64,000 nt of DNA from Chiloscyllium plagiosum (taxonomy: Eukaryota): the NCBI RefSeq assembly GCF_004010195.1, contig NC_057711.1, forward strand, positions 78,928,456 through 78,992,455, written 5' to 3'. The notes beneath the pieces were generated by a model. That model saw nothing but the letters and a program-made list of their open reading frames with translations. It was not told where the DNA came from and did not search any database. Positions 48,611-62,084 of this stretch are shown piece after piece; positions within the stretch are counted from its first letter, which is position 1; each line of letters opens with the position of its first letter. Position numbers and translations under genes: made by a program.

Positions 48611-48930
48611 TTAGATTAGATTAGATTACGTTACAGTGTGGAAACAGGCCCTTCGGCCCAACAAGTCCACACCGACCCGCTGAAGCGCAACCCACCCATA
48701 CCCCTACATTTACCCCTTACCTAACACTATGGGCAATTTAGCACGGCCAATTCACCTGAGCTGCACATCTTTGGACTGTGGGAGGAAACTGGAGCACCTG
48801 GAGGAAACCCACACAGACACGGGGAGAATGTGCAAACTCCACACAGTCAGTCGCCTCAGGCGGGAATTGAACACGGGTCTCTGGCGCTGTGAGGCAGCAG
48901 TACTAACCACTGTGCCACCGTGCCGCCCAC
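48611..48930 (-). mobile_element. Young HE1 SINE
   Basis: ttagattagattag tail; cactgtgccaccgtgccgccc head. Confidence 0.93.
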
Positions 48931-50471
48931 ATGTGATTAAGAAAATATGATGTAGGCCATAGTGAGAGTGGTGGAGCATGAGCCTCGGTGGGGATGGGTT
49001 CAGAAGCAGAGATAGACTGAAGTGAGGTATCGGGGGAAGATGGTGGCACCAATATTGGTGGAATGGAGAAGGTCATTGACTTTCTTCTTATACTGCTGGG
49101 CATTACCCAAAGGGTTGAGACTACTTTAATAGCAACTTTGGACCAGGCTGATATAATTTGCTGGCCCACTGCTTGTGCTCAGGGAAGAGGAAGTCTTGCT
49201 TGTGCACCACACAATGCAGCAGAACCTCCAGGTCACTGACTGCAATGGACTTTTAAAGATGACACTGGCACAAAGGACAGTGGTTAATTCTGGACAGCCC
49301 AGTAGGAGTGAGATGTCCTTGGAAAGGCAGATGGTACGTAAGGGCTGAAATCGGACGTGAGGAATGCCATAAGGATAGGGTAGGTAATTAATGAGGTGAG
49401 TTGGTAAGATACGGTGAGAAAACATGCTGCCCTTGTTGTGACTAGTCCTTCAAAAAGCCTGACACAACTCACACTAATCCAGAAAATTTAAGATTTAGCT
49501 CTTAGCAAGTTCTTGTCTGCTCAGCATTCCATCTTCTACATCTGTCTCAATGAAGCACCATGAGACATTTATCTGTGTCTAAAGTACTATATACATACAA
49601 ATACTTCTTCACATGGCTATACAGTCATAATTCATGACGTGGATATAGTTGTGAACAATTAATCATACTGTTATATCGATCTGAGTTATAACAATCATTG
49701 GATTGTCACGAGAGCAAAATATCAGGTTAGAAACTAGTGTCATAGATATTAATTTGCATGATAATTGGTATCACATACCAGAAATGCTTCAATGAAATTT
49801 CCAATTAATGAATTTTGGAAAGATTGTCAGTTAGGACTTTCAGTATTATATGCTCTTTAAGTTCTTGTTTGTCCTGGTGAGAAACTTCCTTAGTTGTAGA
49901 TGTGGACACCTGTTCTTTTTTTTTTGCAGGACCAATGGAGATAGGAACCAACTGCCAAGTGCAGCTGAATTGCCAATGAGTGAAGTTCTAGTAAAGTGGA
50001 GAGCTGCGCCCTGCCCAAATTTACATAGCTCCTGGCAGGGGGATTGGAACCTACATTGTGGTTCGTGTATCCAGGAGGTTGAGAGTACTGAGGTCAGAAC
50101 TAAGGTTTCAGCATTGCAAGAAGGCACCAGCAAGTAAGACATTAGTTTGAAGATTCTCTTCTTCAATGCCAGAAGCATAAGGTAGATGAACTTGCAGCAT
50201 GGGTTAGTACCTGGAATTTTGATATTGTGACCATTTTGGAGACATGGATAGAGCAGGGACAGGAATGGTTATTACAGGTTCCAGGATTTAGATGTTTCAG
50301 TAAAAACAGAGAAAATGGTAAAAGGGGGGTTGGTGTCATTGTTAGTCAAGAACAGTATTGCAGTGACAGAAAGGACATTTGGGGACTCATCTACTGAGGT
50401 AGAATGGGCTGAGGTTAGAAACAGGAAAGAAGAGGTCACCCTGTTGGGAGTTTTCTATAGGCCTCCATATA

Positions 50472-50625
50472 CAATGGAAACTCGATTATCCGAACGTGAT
50501 AGGCGGGCACTATTTCGTTTGGATAATTGATTATTCGAAAATAGGTTAAATGCCTTTCCTCTGGGACTCGGAGTTTTAAAGACTGCTCCCTGTTCAGGAG
50601 ACTACAGCAGCTGGGTAATGTACCC
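50472..50625 (+). mobile_element. Tigger/pogo-like DNA transposon end nested in CR1
   Basis: ta|caatggaaactcgattatccgaac TIR-like start; internal inverted gattatccgaacg/cgtttggataatt. Confidence 0.6.
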
Positions 50626-52285
50626 GGCCAGGTGTCTGGGGGAAAGACAATTACAACGTGATTAGGCAAGATTTAGGATGCATAGGATGGGGAAGGAAAC
50701 TACAAGGCATGGGCACAATTGAAATGTGGAGCTTATTTAAGGAACAGTTACTGCAGATCCTTGATAACTATATAATTGTCAGGTAGGGAGGAAGTTGTCA
50801 AGTACAGGAGCTGTGATTTACTAAAGAGGTTTAATCTCTTGTCATGTGGAAGAAGAAGGCTTGTGTTAGGATGAAATGTGATTGGTCAGTTAGGGCGCTT
50901 GAGAGTTACAAGTTAGCCAAGGAAGGCCTAAAAAGAGCCAGGAGGGGACATGAGAAATCATTGGCGGAGAGGATTAAGGAAAACTCTAAGGCTTTCTATG
51001 GGTATATCAGGAATAAAAGAATGACTAGAGTAAGAGTAGGGCCAATCAAGGATAGTTGTGAGAGGTTGTATGTGGTGTCAGAGGAGATGGGGGCAGCGCT
51101 AAATGAATACTCTTTGTTAGTATTCATTCTAAAAAAAGATAATGTTGTTGAGGAGAATATGGAGATACAGACTGCTAGACTAGATAGGATTAAGGTTCAG
51201 AAGTAGGAGGTGTTAGCAATTCTGTAAAGTATGAAAATAGATAAGTCCCCTGGGCCGGAAGGGATTTATCCTAGGATTCTCTGGGAGGAGATTGCCGTGC
51301 CTTTGGATTTGATCTTTATGTTGTCATTGTCTACAGGAATAGTGCCAGAAGACTGGAGGATAGCAAATGTTGTCAGCTTGTTCAAGAAGGGGAGTAGAGA
51401 CAATCCTAGAAATTATAGACCTGTGAGTTTTAGTTTGGTTACGGATAAAGTGTTGGAAAGAGTTATTAGAGATTAATTAGAGTTATTAGATTTATAAGCA
51501 TCCATTGAGGAATAAGTTGATTAGGGATAGTCAACATGATTTTGTGAAGGGTAAGTCATACCTCACAAACCTTATTGAGTTCTTTGAGAAGGTGACCAAC
51601 CTGGTGGATGAGGGTAATGTGGTTGATGTGGTGTATATGGATTTCAGTAAGGTGTTTGATAAGGTTCACCATGGTATGCTATTGCGCAAAATATGGAGAC
51701 ATGGGATTGAGTGTGATTTAGCAGTTCGAATCAGAAATTGGCTAGCTGAAAGAAGACAGAGGGTGGTGGTTGATGAGAAATGTTCATCCTGTAGTTCAGT
51801 TACTAGTGGTATTCTGGAAGGATCTGTTTTGGGTCTACTGCTGTTTGTCATTTATATAAATGACCTGGATGAAGGCATAGAAGGATGGGTTAGTAAATGT
51901 GCGGCTGACACTAAGGTCGGCAGAGTTGTGGATAGTGACGAAGAATGTTGTAGGTTACAGAGGGACTTAAATAAGGTGCAGAGCTGGGCTGAGAGGTGGC
52001 AAATGGGATTTAATGTGGAAAAGTGTGAGATGATTCACTTTGGAAGGAGTAACAGGAATGCAGAGTACTGGGCTAATGGTAAGATTCTTGGTAGTGTAGA
52101 TGAGCAGAGAGATCTTGGTGTCCAGCTACATAAATCTTTGAAAATTGCCAGGAGGTTGATATGCCTTGTTAAGAAGGCATACAGCTTATTAGTTTTATTG
52201 GTAGAGGGATTGAGTTTTGGAACCATGAGGTCATGCTGCAGCTGTACAAAACTCTGGTGCGGCCGCACTTGAAGTATTCCGTACA

Positions 52286-52332
52286 AAGCCTTTCATTGTG
52301 CCTCGGTACATGTGACAGTAAATTCAATTCAA
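52286..52332 (+). mobile_element. Rex/Babar 3' terminal micro-insertion in CR1
   Basis: ttcattgtgcctcggtacatgtgac..aattcaattcaa; same tail inverted near 33731 and 22550. Confidence 0.7.
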
Positions 52333-54861
52333 TACACTTCTGGTCAGTTCCTGCATTACAGGAAGGATGTGGAAACTTTGGAAAGGGTTCAGAGGAGATT
52401 TACTAAGATATTGCCTGGTATGGAGGGAAGATCTTACGAGGAAAGGCTGAGGGATTTGACACTGTTTTCATTTGAGAGAAAAAAGTTGAGTGGTGGCTTA
52501 ATTGAGACATATAAGATAATCAGAGGGTTAGAAAGGTTGGACAGTGAGAGCCTTTTTCCACACATGGCAATGGCTAGCACAAGGGACATAGCTTTAAATT
52601 GAAGGGTGATAGATATAGGACAGATGTCAGAGGTAGGCGCGTGGAACGCGCTGCCTGCAACAGTAGTAGACTCACCAACTTTAAGGGCATTTAAATGGCT
52701 ATTGGATGAAAATGGAGTAGTGTAGGATAGATGGGCTTCAGATTAGTTCCACAGGTTGGCGCAACATTGAGGGCCGAAAGGCCTGAACTGCACTGTAATA
52801 CTTTAGGCTTTTCCTTTCTCAGTACAAATGGCTTTAGAGAAGGTACACTTGAGCTGTGGGACTTTAAAAGATTGATGCACTGGACACAAAATCATTCATT
52901 TTATAGTTTTGTTATTTTTAGACATATTTTTCACTATTAAATGGCATCCTCCATTTATCTTCTAAGCTTTTATCATGTTATCAGGCCGTTATTTGCAATT
53001 TTATGAATTTGCTAAATAAATATTGATGAATAAATGCAATTTAGACATTGAAGGTGTTTGGAATAAGTTAAAGCAGTATGGATATTCTGAATGTATCACA
53101 CGATGAATGATTATCGTCAGGGAATCAAACTCAGCAATTTGGCTAATTATAAAGTGAGGAATTGAATTTGTTTAAACAACTAGGCATATTCTTGTGTTTC
53201 AAAACCTTTATGCCAGCAGTACAATATGTTCTACTGAAAGCAAGTTTTATTAGTTCTGATAGACTTAAGGTAATAGTTTCAGTGACATCCTTTTCATACT
53301 TGATGGAATTCTCAATTAAAAATAAGTATTTAAACTGTGCTCCTACATGAAATGACACAAATAGGTTTTCCAGCACTGATGCTTAGTTCAATGGGTGAAG
53401 AAACCTATTTGTCTAACATTGTACTACTGCAATGCTCTGAATAAATACTGAAAGAAAGAAATACAATTGCAATATGTTTGTGAAGAATATAGTTTGTAGG
53501 TTTCAATTGGCATAAGCTATGTTCTACATGCACATATTAATGGCAGTGATTTCTATAAGATAAAAAAGTTCCCTGTGTGAAAAAAAACTTGGAGGAACCA
53601 TAGAAGTTGTACAGAGAATAATGAAAAAGCAAGATGTTGCAAATTCTAAATCTATATATTAAATGAAAGTGATTCACTGGCATGAGAGAGAAGACACTGA
53701 ATAAAGAGATGGCAAAAATAAATCAAATAAGCATATAAAAATCTCAAAGGGAAATCAAAACCTTTTTTGTAATTCAAAATATGCACATATAATTTTATTA
53801 CATTTCTTGGTGGAATTGAGTAAATGTAGAACATTCAAAATGTCTTTACTTGATTTGACATTGAGATATAGTTCTGTACAGTACTTTGAAAACACACAAA
53901 ACTTAAAGAAATTAATAAAGAGCTGTTCCTACCAGTTTGCAACAAATATTGCTGAAGAATTGCTCTGGTTATTTTGTTGAATTTTCTTGGATTATCCCAG
54001 ATCAGTAGTGGGAGATGTTCAGGAACCAGTGGCTAGTCAAGGACTGCACGATAACCTTAAAGAATTGCCTTTCTAATATTTACAAACTGTGAAGCATGAA
54101 GAAGCAAAGAACAGCTGGGTCAGATTTGAGAGTATCCATGTTATAGCAAGATGGAGACTCATTGTATTGCGGTGGGACAGAGGAGAGAGGAGTGGAGTGA
54201 AAGCAGAACCTGAAGAGAGCAGCACCTCAAAGATCAAAATAGGAAGAGGAAGTGCATAACAAATAAAATAGCTGAATGAGAATAAAAAAAAAGGCCAAGA
54301 TGGTATCAGGAAAATCGTGAATCAATTTGTTGTTGAAACTTTAGCAACTGCGTTTCGACTCCAGTAAGTTTGAAAAATTTAAACTAGCCAGGAAAGAATT
54401 TATCGGCACAAGAGGGGGATCTGTTTTGTGAGACAAGGTGAAGAGTTTGTACTTCCTATTAATACTCAGTCCTTGGTTTTTTCTTGTAAATATATTTATT
54501 AGCAATTTTTTTTTAACTTTACAAACATATAAAATTATTGAAAATTACAATCAATAACAAATATCAGTATAATAAAAAGAAAACAAAACAGAAATTATAT
54601 TACAACTACTGTCTACTAACTACTAACCTACCCTATAATACAAAAGAAAACCCTAACACTGTGCAAAGCAGCACCAATAGATAAGTAAATAACTAATAGA
54701 TCAACAAAAAGAAAGAAAAGCAAAAAAAACCCCACAGAATACAGAACAGCTATGCTCGGCGCAAATCTCCCAAACAGAACAACGAGAGCATTGTATATAT
54801 ACCTGTATTAACTCAGGAGACCCCTCCAGGGCCCAGGGCTTGACAAACCTAACCATCCTGG

Positions 54862-57800
54862 TTAAACAAACGCCCTAGTTAAGATAACTGACAAATCTAT
54901 ATCCAAATAAAAATGGTCTGTTGTGTGTTTAACCATGTTTGTAAAAAAGGTCGAAGGGAATGTGCTCCATAATTAATTTCTGCCACCCCAGCAAGCCCGG
55001 CGGGTTCTCAGACACCCAGTTCATCAGAATATTCTTCTGTGCACAGTATGCAAAAATGTTAAATAGTTTCTTCCCATGTCCGTCTAAAGATGGTAAATTT
55101 GGTAGACCTAAGATATTGGGTCTACTTTGACTTTAGTCCTCAATAATCTCCCTATCTCTCCTGCCACAGCACTCCAATAAACATGGAGCCTGTGGCATGT
55201 CCAGAAGCAATGGGTAAGAGTACCTACACTTATTTTACATTTGGAGCACACTGAAGATGCTCCTTTTTTAAACTTCGCCAGATGGTCTGGTGCCAGATGA
55301 ACCCTGTGCAGAACTTTAAACTGTGTAGCGCATGTCCTATTACAGATTGAGATCTTTTGAGCATTCTCCCAAATGTTCTCCTATATTTCAGAAGAGATCT
55401 CCACTCCTTGCCCTTGCTCCCAGACCTCACAAAACCAGTTAATATCCTGCCAGGCTCTGCCACCCAGCAGTTGATAGAGGTCACTAGCCGAAAGGGTGCT
55501 TGTGGAATGTAGCAACAACCTCTCTGTATCGGGCTTATAGGGCTTAGTGAGAAGCGTAGTCTTCTTCTGGATGAAATCCCTAACCTGAAAAAAACAGAAA
55601 AGATCTCTGCTGGGCAACCCGTATTTGCCCTCCATGCCTTGACTGTAGTAAAGACAATGGTGTTCCGGCAGTGGTCCATAACTGTCCTCATCTTATCCAT
55701 GAACAACAGATTAATAAGGAGGCACTTTGCCTGCAAGGCCTCAATATCCAGCATATTGAGTTTGGATAGCAGACAAAGGACAGTAAGGAACTCAATTGAT
55801 ACCTCCTGATGTCTGGGAAATCTGCTCCTCCCCTTCCTGGAGGCAACTGCAATTTAGTAAGTTTGATGAGGGGCTGCCCACGATGCCAGACAAAGGACCC
55901 AAACCATCCCATAAGCTTCTGCAGCGTTGACCTGGGAAACACTATGGGGAGCATACGCATGGGATAAAGCAAATGAGGAAGAATATTCATCTTAATGAGA
56001 GATATTCGGCTCAGCCATGAAATTGGAAGAGCCTCCCATCTCTGGAGATCTCGCTTAATATTGTCGAGGAAATGAGGAAAGTTAATCTGAAATAACAGAC
56101 CAAACTTGGGGGTAATAAAAATGCCTAGGTATCGGAACCCTGCACGTGACCACTTAAAAGGGAACTTCAACTTCTGGCACATCCTTAAGGTTCCCCAAAG
56201 ACATAGCCTCCGATTTTGCAAAGTTAATCTTATATCATGAAATAGCCCCAAATGAATTGATACATTGTATCAAATGGGGTACGGAGGTCAGCGGGTTCAA
56301 TAAAAACAGAAGGCCATCATCCGCATACAGTATAATATTGTGTGCCCTCGATCACACTTCCGGAGCGGTTATGTGGACGTTCAGATGAAAGGCCTCTGCC
56401 ATGGCTCTATCACCAATGTAAACAACAAAGATGAGAGGGGGCAGCCTTGCCGACTACCCCTACCAATCCTAAAATTCCCAGACTTCACCCCGTTGGTGAT
56501 GACCGTGGCCAGAGGGTGGCGATATAAAACCTCCACCCACTTAGCAAAGACCCCACCCAACCCAAACTCTTATAAGAAATTGAAAAGATACGGCCATTCC
56601 ACCCGGTCAAACGCTTTCTCTGCATCTAAGGAAATCACCAATCCCTGAATCAATCATTGCTGACATGCTTGGACAATATTCAATAACCTTCTAATATTAT
56701 TAGAGGACCTACAGTCCCTTATAAAGCCTGTCTGGTCCTCTTTAAAAATATAGGGCAACACCTTTTCCAATCTCGGCACCAGGATCTTGGACAGAATCTT
56801 GAAATCTGAATTTAATAGAGAAGATGGGCCTGTATGAGGCGCAATCCTCAGGAACTTTCCCTTTCTTAAGAATTAAGGAAATATTAGCTTCTCTCAAAGA
56901 TGGTGGTAGGCATTCAAGCATATAGGAGTGATTGTACATCTCTAACATCGGCCCTGACAGAATCCCTATAAACTCCTTATAAAACTCACCTGGGAGACCA
57001 TCAGGGCTAGGCGCTTTCCCACTCTGAAGTTGCCTAGCTGCCTCCTGTATTTCCTGAACTGTCAAGGGGATATTAAGGAGAGAGGCCTGTCCCAAGGTTA
57101 CCCCTGGGAGATCCAGGTTCTTAAAAAAGGTGTCCATTTTAGCCCTGCTGTCCTCACAACCTACAGACTGATACAATTCAGAGTAAAAGCTCCAAAAAGC
57201 CCCATTAACCTTTTTAGCATCGTATGTAAGGACACCAGCGCAGTCTCTGATTGCAGTATTGGATTTGGGAGTACGATTTTTCCCAGTCAGGGATGCTAAA
57301 TACTTCCCTGGCCTATCCCCATATTTGAACAGCCTTTGTCTAGCAAAAACATGTTCTTTCTTTGCGTTTTGTGTCAGTATTGAATTCAAGGCAGCTCGGA
57401 GGGCCGTGATCTGCTGTTGCTTAGTCACCGGAGGCTGCGCAAAATATGCCGCCTCAGCGGCTTTCAACCGCGTCTCAAGTAGACACTGCTGTTCCTCCTT
57501 CTGTCATTTCCGGCTAGCCGAATAGAAAATAGCTAATCCCCTAGCGAAGGCCTTAGCAGTCTCCTGTGGCATAGATGGACTACTAGCCGTGCCTGAGTTG
57601 ATAGCCAAGAACTCCTAAAACTCCTTCAAAAGGTAGTCGACAAATTTGGAATCCCTAGGGAGAAAAGGGTCCAAATGCCAGTGCCGCAAACCTAGCCTTT
57701 CACTCTTGGCTTTAACCTCCAAATATACTGCCGTGTGATCAGACATAGCTATATTCCCAATTTTACAACCCATAATCGAATCCAGAAGGGCCGAGGGAGC

Positions 57801-58426
57801 CAGAAAGAGATCAATCCTTGTGTGACATTTATGTGGGTTTGAAAAAAGGTGAAGTCCCTGCCGGTAGGGTGAAGACATCTCCAAATTTCCACCAGCCCCA
57901 ATTCCTCACATAAGTCAACCACCTGCTTGGCCTGAGAAGAAATAGTTGGGGGCCCACAAGGCATCCTGTCCACTGTCGGATCCAAAAGACAATTAAAATC
58001 CCCCCCTATAATAATATGCCATTTTCTAAAAGCACTCAGCTTAGAGAATGCACTAATCAAAAATTTGAGGGGATGCGCCAGAGGACAGTAGACATTTAAA
58101 ATGCTAAATTCCTCCCCAAGTATCAGGGCTTTAAGTATCACAAACCGTCCCTGCTCATTTTTCACCTGCTCTAATAATGTGAACGGAAGATTTTTCTGGA
58201 TGAGTACCGCCACTCCCCTACTTTTAGTAGTAAAGGATGAAAAGAATACCAGGTCATAACCCCCCTGTTGTAATTTCAAATGTTCCCCATCATCAAGATA
58301 GGTATCCTGCAACAAAGCAATATCAACCCTTTTCCTCTTAAGGCTAGAAAGCACTTTTTTCTTGTTAACAGACGAATGACTTCCCTTAATGTTCCAGGTG
58401 CACCATTTAATAAGTCACTTAGCCAT
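54862..58426 (-). pseudogene. L1 ORF2 (APE endonuclease, RT, CCHC), multiple frameshifts
   Basis: TWNIKG, IALLQD, IIGGDFN, SDH, GKAPSPDGLPGEFYK, YRPI, QGCPLS, YADD at 56316-56327, YLGI, CKxxxGTLTHCFWTC. Confidence 0.93.
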
Positions 58427-59038
58427 ATCCCCTTTCAGACACCCTTGAACCTTTGGGAGGGAGAATCATACTTGCAAAGTGCCGAGCACAAGTAAATAAA
58501 GACTCATAGAGTTGAAAAACTATATATACAAAAACTACTCTATCATAACTGTAAACAACTATTACTACCAAAAAACTACAAAGGAAACCAACTATAAAAC
58601 CTTGAATGGAAAACTCTTCCCCCTGCCCATAGGGAGCACTCACCCAACCCATCCCCTCCTTCATAGCTCCTTCAAACCCGGACTGTGCCCCAGCCTTAGA
58701 CCAGAAAAAAAACAAGGAGATGATCCTTAAATCAACAGAAAAATGACAGTCAGGATGAGCACTCCACCCATCCCTGGCTTCATGTCACCCCTACTTGTGA
58801 CTAAAAGAGAAACAGAGTAAACAAAAAAAAGGGAGAGACAACAAAGAACATACACAACATTTCCCATCAGAAAATCCAGTTATTAAAGAAAATAGGAACA
58901 ACTTATTCCAAGTTATTTATCCCCCTTTCCAAAAAAGAAATTATTAGGGAGAAAGAAAGGAATACAAAAAGGAAGGGAAAATATGGGAAAAGAAGGAAAA
59001 GAGAACAAACATTAACCATATTCTTCAGGCTGATCCAT

Positions 59039-59930
59039 CTATTTTAAAGTGTCTACAAGGTTTGTAGCTTTATCCGCCGAGTCAAATGTATAAACTGAGT
59101 CCTCGTGGCTGAAACGGAGCACTGCGGGGTATCTCGTGGAGTACTGGATGCCCAGGTTCCTCAGCCTCTTTTTAACTTTATCGAAGGATTTCCTCTTTTG
59201 AATTAAAGCTGCCAAGAAATCCTGGAAAAACATGATTTTTGACACCTTGTGCAGCAGTGCCTGTGGATCTTTTCCCAGGGATCTGGAAGCTTCTATTACT
59301 TTTTGCTTGTCCTTATATGAGTGGAAGTGCACTAGGACCAGGCGGGGACACTACACAGGCCCTGACCTGTGCACTGTAACCCGATAAGCCCTTTCAATCT
59401 GCAGCCTGCTGGACTCGATGTGAAGGCCCAAAAACTGCGGCAGCCAGCTTTCAAAGAAGCTGACTGTCTGCTCACCTTCCTCACCGTCAGGGAGCTCAAC
59501 AATTCGGAGATTTATCCTCCGATCTCGATTTTCGAGGTCATTGATATGGTCTCGTAAGGCCCGCACCTCTCGCTCCAGCACCTGAATCCGACTGGATGAG
59601 GACTCCATCTCAGCTTCCGAGGCCTTAGTTTGATACTCCACCTCCTCCAGCCTCTCCCTGAGGCCCTGGATCTCCTGCTCATGCTTCTGCAGCATGGATG
59701 CAATAGGTTGGACCTGGGCACGAATCTCCCCACCGTTGTCCTCAATCGTAGCCCCAACGTTCAAGGTAAGTTTCTCCATTGCCGCAGCCAATTCCTGTGA
59801 GTCTGTCAGGTCCCAGGGGGTTCAGGAGAGGCTGTTGCTGCTGCAGTCTATGGTGTGGTATGTGCTGCAGGAGAGTGTTCTCCCTGCTGCTGTTTGCTCA
59901 ATCCTTTTACCTTTGGGATTCTTCCCACTC
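59039..59930 (-). pseudogene. L1 ORF1 (coiled coil, RRM, CTD), frameshifted; start approximate
   Basis: DLENRDRRINLRIVELPDGEEG..IERAYR; IMFFQDF..RKSF..YPAVLR. Confidence 0.9.
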
Positions 59931-60056
59931 CCAAATATTAACAAATATGTGTTCTGTAAGGTTTTAAACTAATAATTCCACCACATAAGTTGGCCAGAGA
60001 TGGGAAAAAACACCAGTATGCCTTGGCTGTTAGGCAGACCCGTCCACAGAATCGCT

Positions 60057-60065
60057 GCCATCTTG
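60057..60065 (-). promoter_or_regulatory. YY1-like motif at L1 5' end
   Basis: CAAGATGGC begins 11 nt from the element 5' end. Confidence 0.6.
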
Positions 60066-60107
60066 CCGAATACCCACTCAGTCCTTAGTTAATAGTACAA
60101 GATTAAC

Positions 60108-60400
60108 TATATTACATTACATTACAGTGTGGAAACAGGCCCTTCGGCCCAACAAGTCCACACCGACCCGCAACCCACCCAGACCCATTCCCCTACATTT
60201 ACCCCTTAACCTAACACTACAGGCAATTTAACATGGCCAATTCACCTGACCTGCACATTTTTGGACTGTGGGAGGAAACCAGAGCACCCAGAGGAAACCC
60301 ATGCAGACACGGGGAGAATGCGCCTGAGACGGGAATTGAACCCAGGTCTCTGGCGCTGTGAGGCAGCAGTGCTAACCACTGTGCCACCGTGCCGCCCACA
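60108..60400 (-). mobile_element. Young HE1 SINE
   Basis: (attac)n tail; cactgtgccaccgtgccgccc head. Confidence 0.92.
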
Positions 60401-60429
60401 ATTAAGGTTAAAGTAAGTTAAATTTAGAT

Positions 60430-60800
60430 GTGAATAACATTTGAGTTCAGTAAAAAAAATCAAAAAGGTAATCTAATGACAACCATATAACCATTATCAA
60501 TCATTGTAAATGCCCATCTGGTTCACTATACCTTTTTGAGCAGGAAATCTGCTGTCCTTACCTGGTCTGAGACTAAAAAACTGCAGATGCTGGAATCCGA
60601 AATAGACAGGCAGGAGGTTGGAAGAACACAGCAATCCGAGCAGCATCAGGAGGTGCAGAAGTCGATGTTTTGGGTGTAACCCTCCTTACTTGGTCTGGCT
60701 TACAATGAGTCTAGGCCCGCAGAAATGTGATTGAATATTAACCGTGCTGTATGCAATTAGGGATAAGCAATAAATCACCCACATCGCATGAATGAGTAAC
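60430..60800 (+). mobile_element. Second shark SINE family copy with nested PLE tail (about 60570-60685)
   Basis: cccatctggttcacta; insert flanked by tccttac(c/t)tggtctg duplication. Confidence 0.7.
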
Positions 60801-61289
60801 AAAAATAAAACTAACAGATTTTTTAATTACTAGCAGTACCAGGTTTATGTGAAAGGCAGGGTTCTCAGATCAGCTATGATCTCATTGAGTGGTGGTGCAG
60901 ACTGGTTGGGCTGAAAGGCCTATTTCTGTTCCTGTGTCTTCTGGTCTTATGGAATTATGTCAATAGCATGTTCAGCGAGGTGGTCATACAGTAACTTAGG
61001 GGCAGGAATGCAGAGAGCAACAGTAGTCCAAGAGTACAGGCAGGTAGTGTAGCATCCCCCAGAGATCCTGCTTACTCACCAGTTTTCTGTACTGGATATG
61101 AGTGAGGGTGATGGATCCTTGGAGAAGTGCAGCAAGAACAAAGCCTGTAGCATCATGTGTGGGCCATCTGTCAGGAAATGATGTAAAAGAGATAAAGGAC
61201 AGTACTGACAGAGGATTATTTACTTAAGGGAGTAGAGAGGTGTTTATGCGGATGACTTGCAATGTCAGCACTTACATCTGCCAGACTGC

Positions 61290-61570
61290 TGGTCATCTAA
61301 CACCGAATAAACAATTTGTCTTCTGAGGATGTGCTTCCATTGCCTGGACCACTCAGGAGGACACTTCAGTACTTGCCAGTCAATGTCTCCAGTTAGTGAC
61401 TGGTTGCTGCATTCTGCACAAAATAGCTCTGCAATGGAGTGAGAACGTAGCTGAAGGCAGGTAGACCAATCACCCATCTCCTCAGATGGAGAAGAAACCA
61501 AGTCTGACAGAGATGATGAGGCAACCACTGCTGATGACAAACATGCAAAAGAAGCAAGGAGAGTACTGAT
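61290..61570 (+). mobile_element. Harbinger/PIF transposase C-terminal remnant
   Basis: LRMCFHCLDHSGG.LQY...CCILHKIALQ matches LKMRFRCLDxSGGxLQY..CCxLHN; acidic tail follows. Confidence 0.7.
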
Positions 61571-61639
61571 GAGGCAGACAACCCTGAGAGAACCTGAGAG
61601 TGGCTAGTTTCTCATCTCCATCATATCTGTTCCAACAAT

Positions 61640-62080
61640 GTCTGCTTACATGGGCATGCCTCTGTTGTGTCCTCCTTTGTTCTCAACCGTGAGCATCCCC
61701 CATCGAGGTTGACTGAGCCCTCAATAATATCTGATTTATCTCCTGCAAAACTATCTCCACTTCTTCCCCTCTACCCCCAGAACAAAAATATGGTCCTCTT
61801 GTCCTCATTTTCCAACTCACCAGTCTCTGCATTCAAAGGATTTTTTTCCACCATTTTTCCCACCTCCAGCAGGATACCACCACCAAACATATCTTCTCTT
61901 CCCTCAATTGTCAGCATACCACTGACCATTCCCTCTGTAACTTCCTGTTCCACTCTTTCATTGTTCCTAACAGTTACCCACTCCATGCAATCACAGCAGA
62001 AAGAACACTTGCCCATTCAGCTCCTCCCTCCTCACTGTCAAAAGGCACAAACACACCTTCCAGGTGATACAGCATTTTAC
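61640..62080 (+). mobile_element. Old Penelope fragment
   Basis: tgtcctcctttgttctcaaccgtg..ccagcaggataccaccaccaaacatatctt (QQDTTTKHIF). Confidence 0.65.
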
Positions 62081-62084
62081 TCAG

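Larger units (their letters stand above)
50030..52800 (+). mobile_element. CR1 LINE with most of ORF2 (EN and RT), disabled
   Basis: LKILFFNARSI start near 50146; KSPGPEGIYPRIL, VPEDWRIANV..FKKG..NYRPVS, VYMDFSKVFDKV, GSVLG; stops and frameshifts. Confidence 0.95.
54479..60075 (-). mobile_element. Full-length L1-clade LINE (5.6 kb), frameshifted
   Basis: TSD actcagtcctt(g/a)gtt at 54464-54478 and 60076-60090; AATAAA (minus) at 54495-54500; A-rich tail; ORF1 and ORF2. Confidence 0.95.

Noticed and set aside
49850..50137. Plus-strand acceptor and ORF as a host exon
   Set aside because: Runs into the CR1 ORF1-end/ORF2 junction; no supporting partner exons
9183..60400. tRNA genes suggested by A/B boxes
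   Set aside because: They are SINE heads continuing into HE1 bodies; no complete cloverleaf seen
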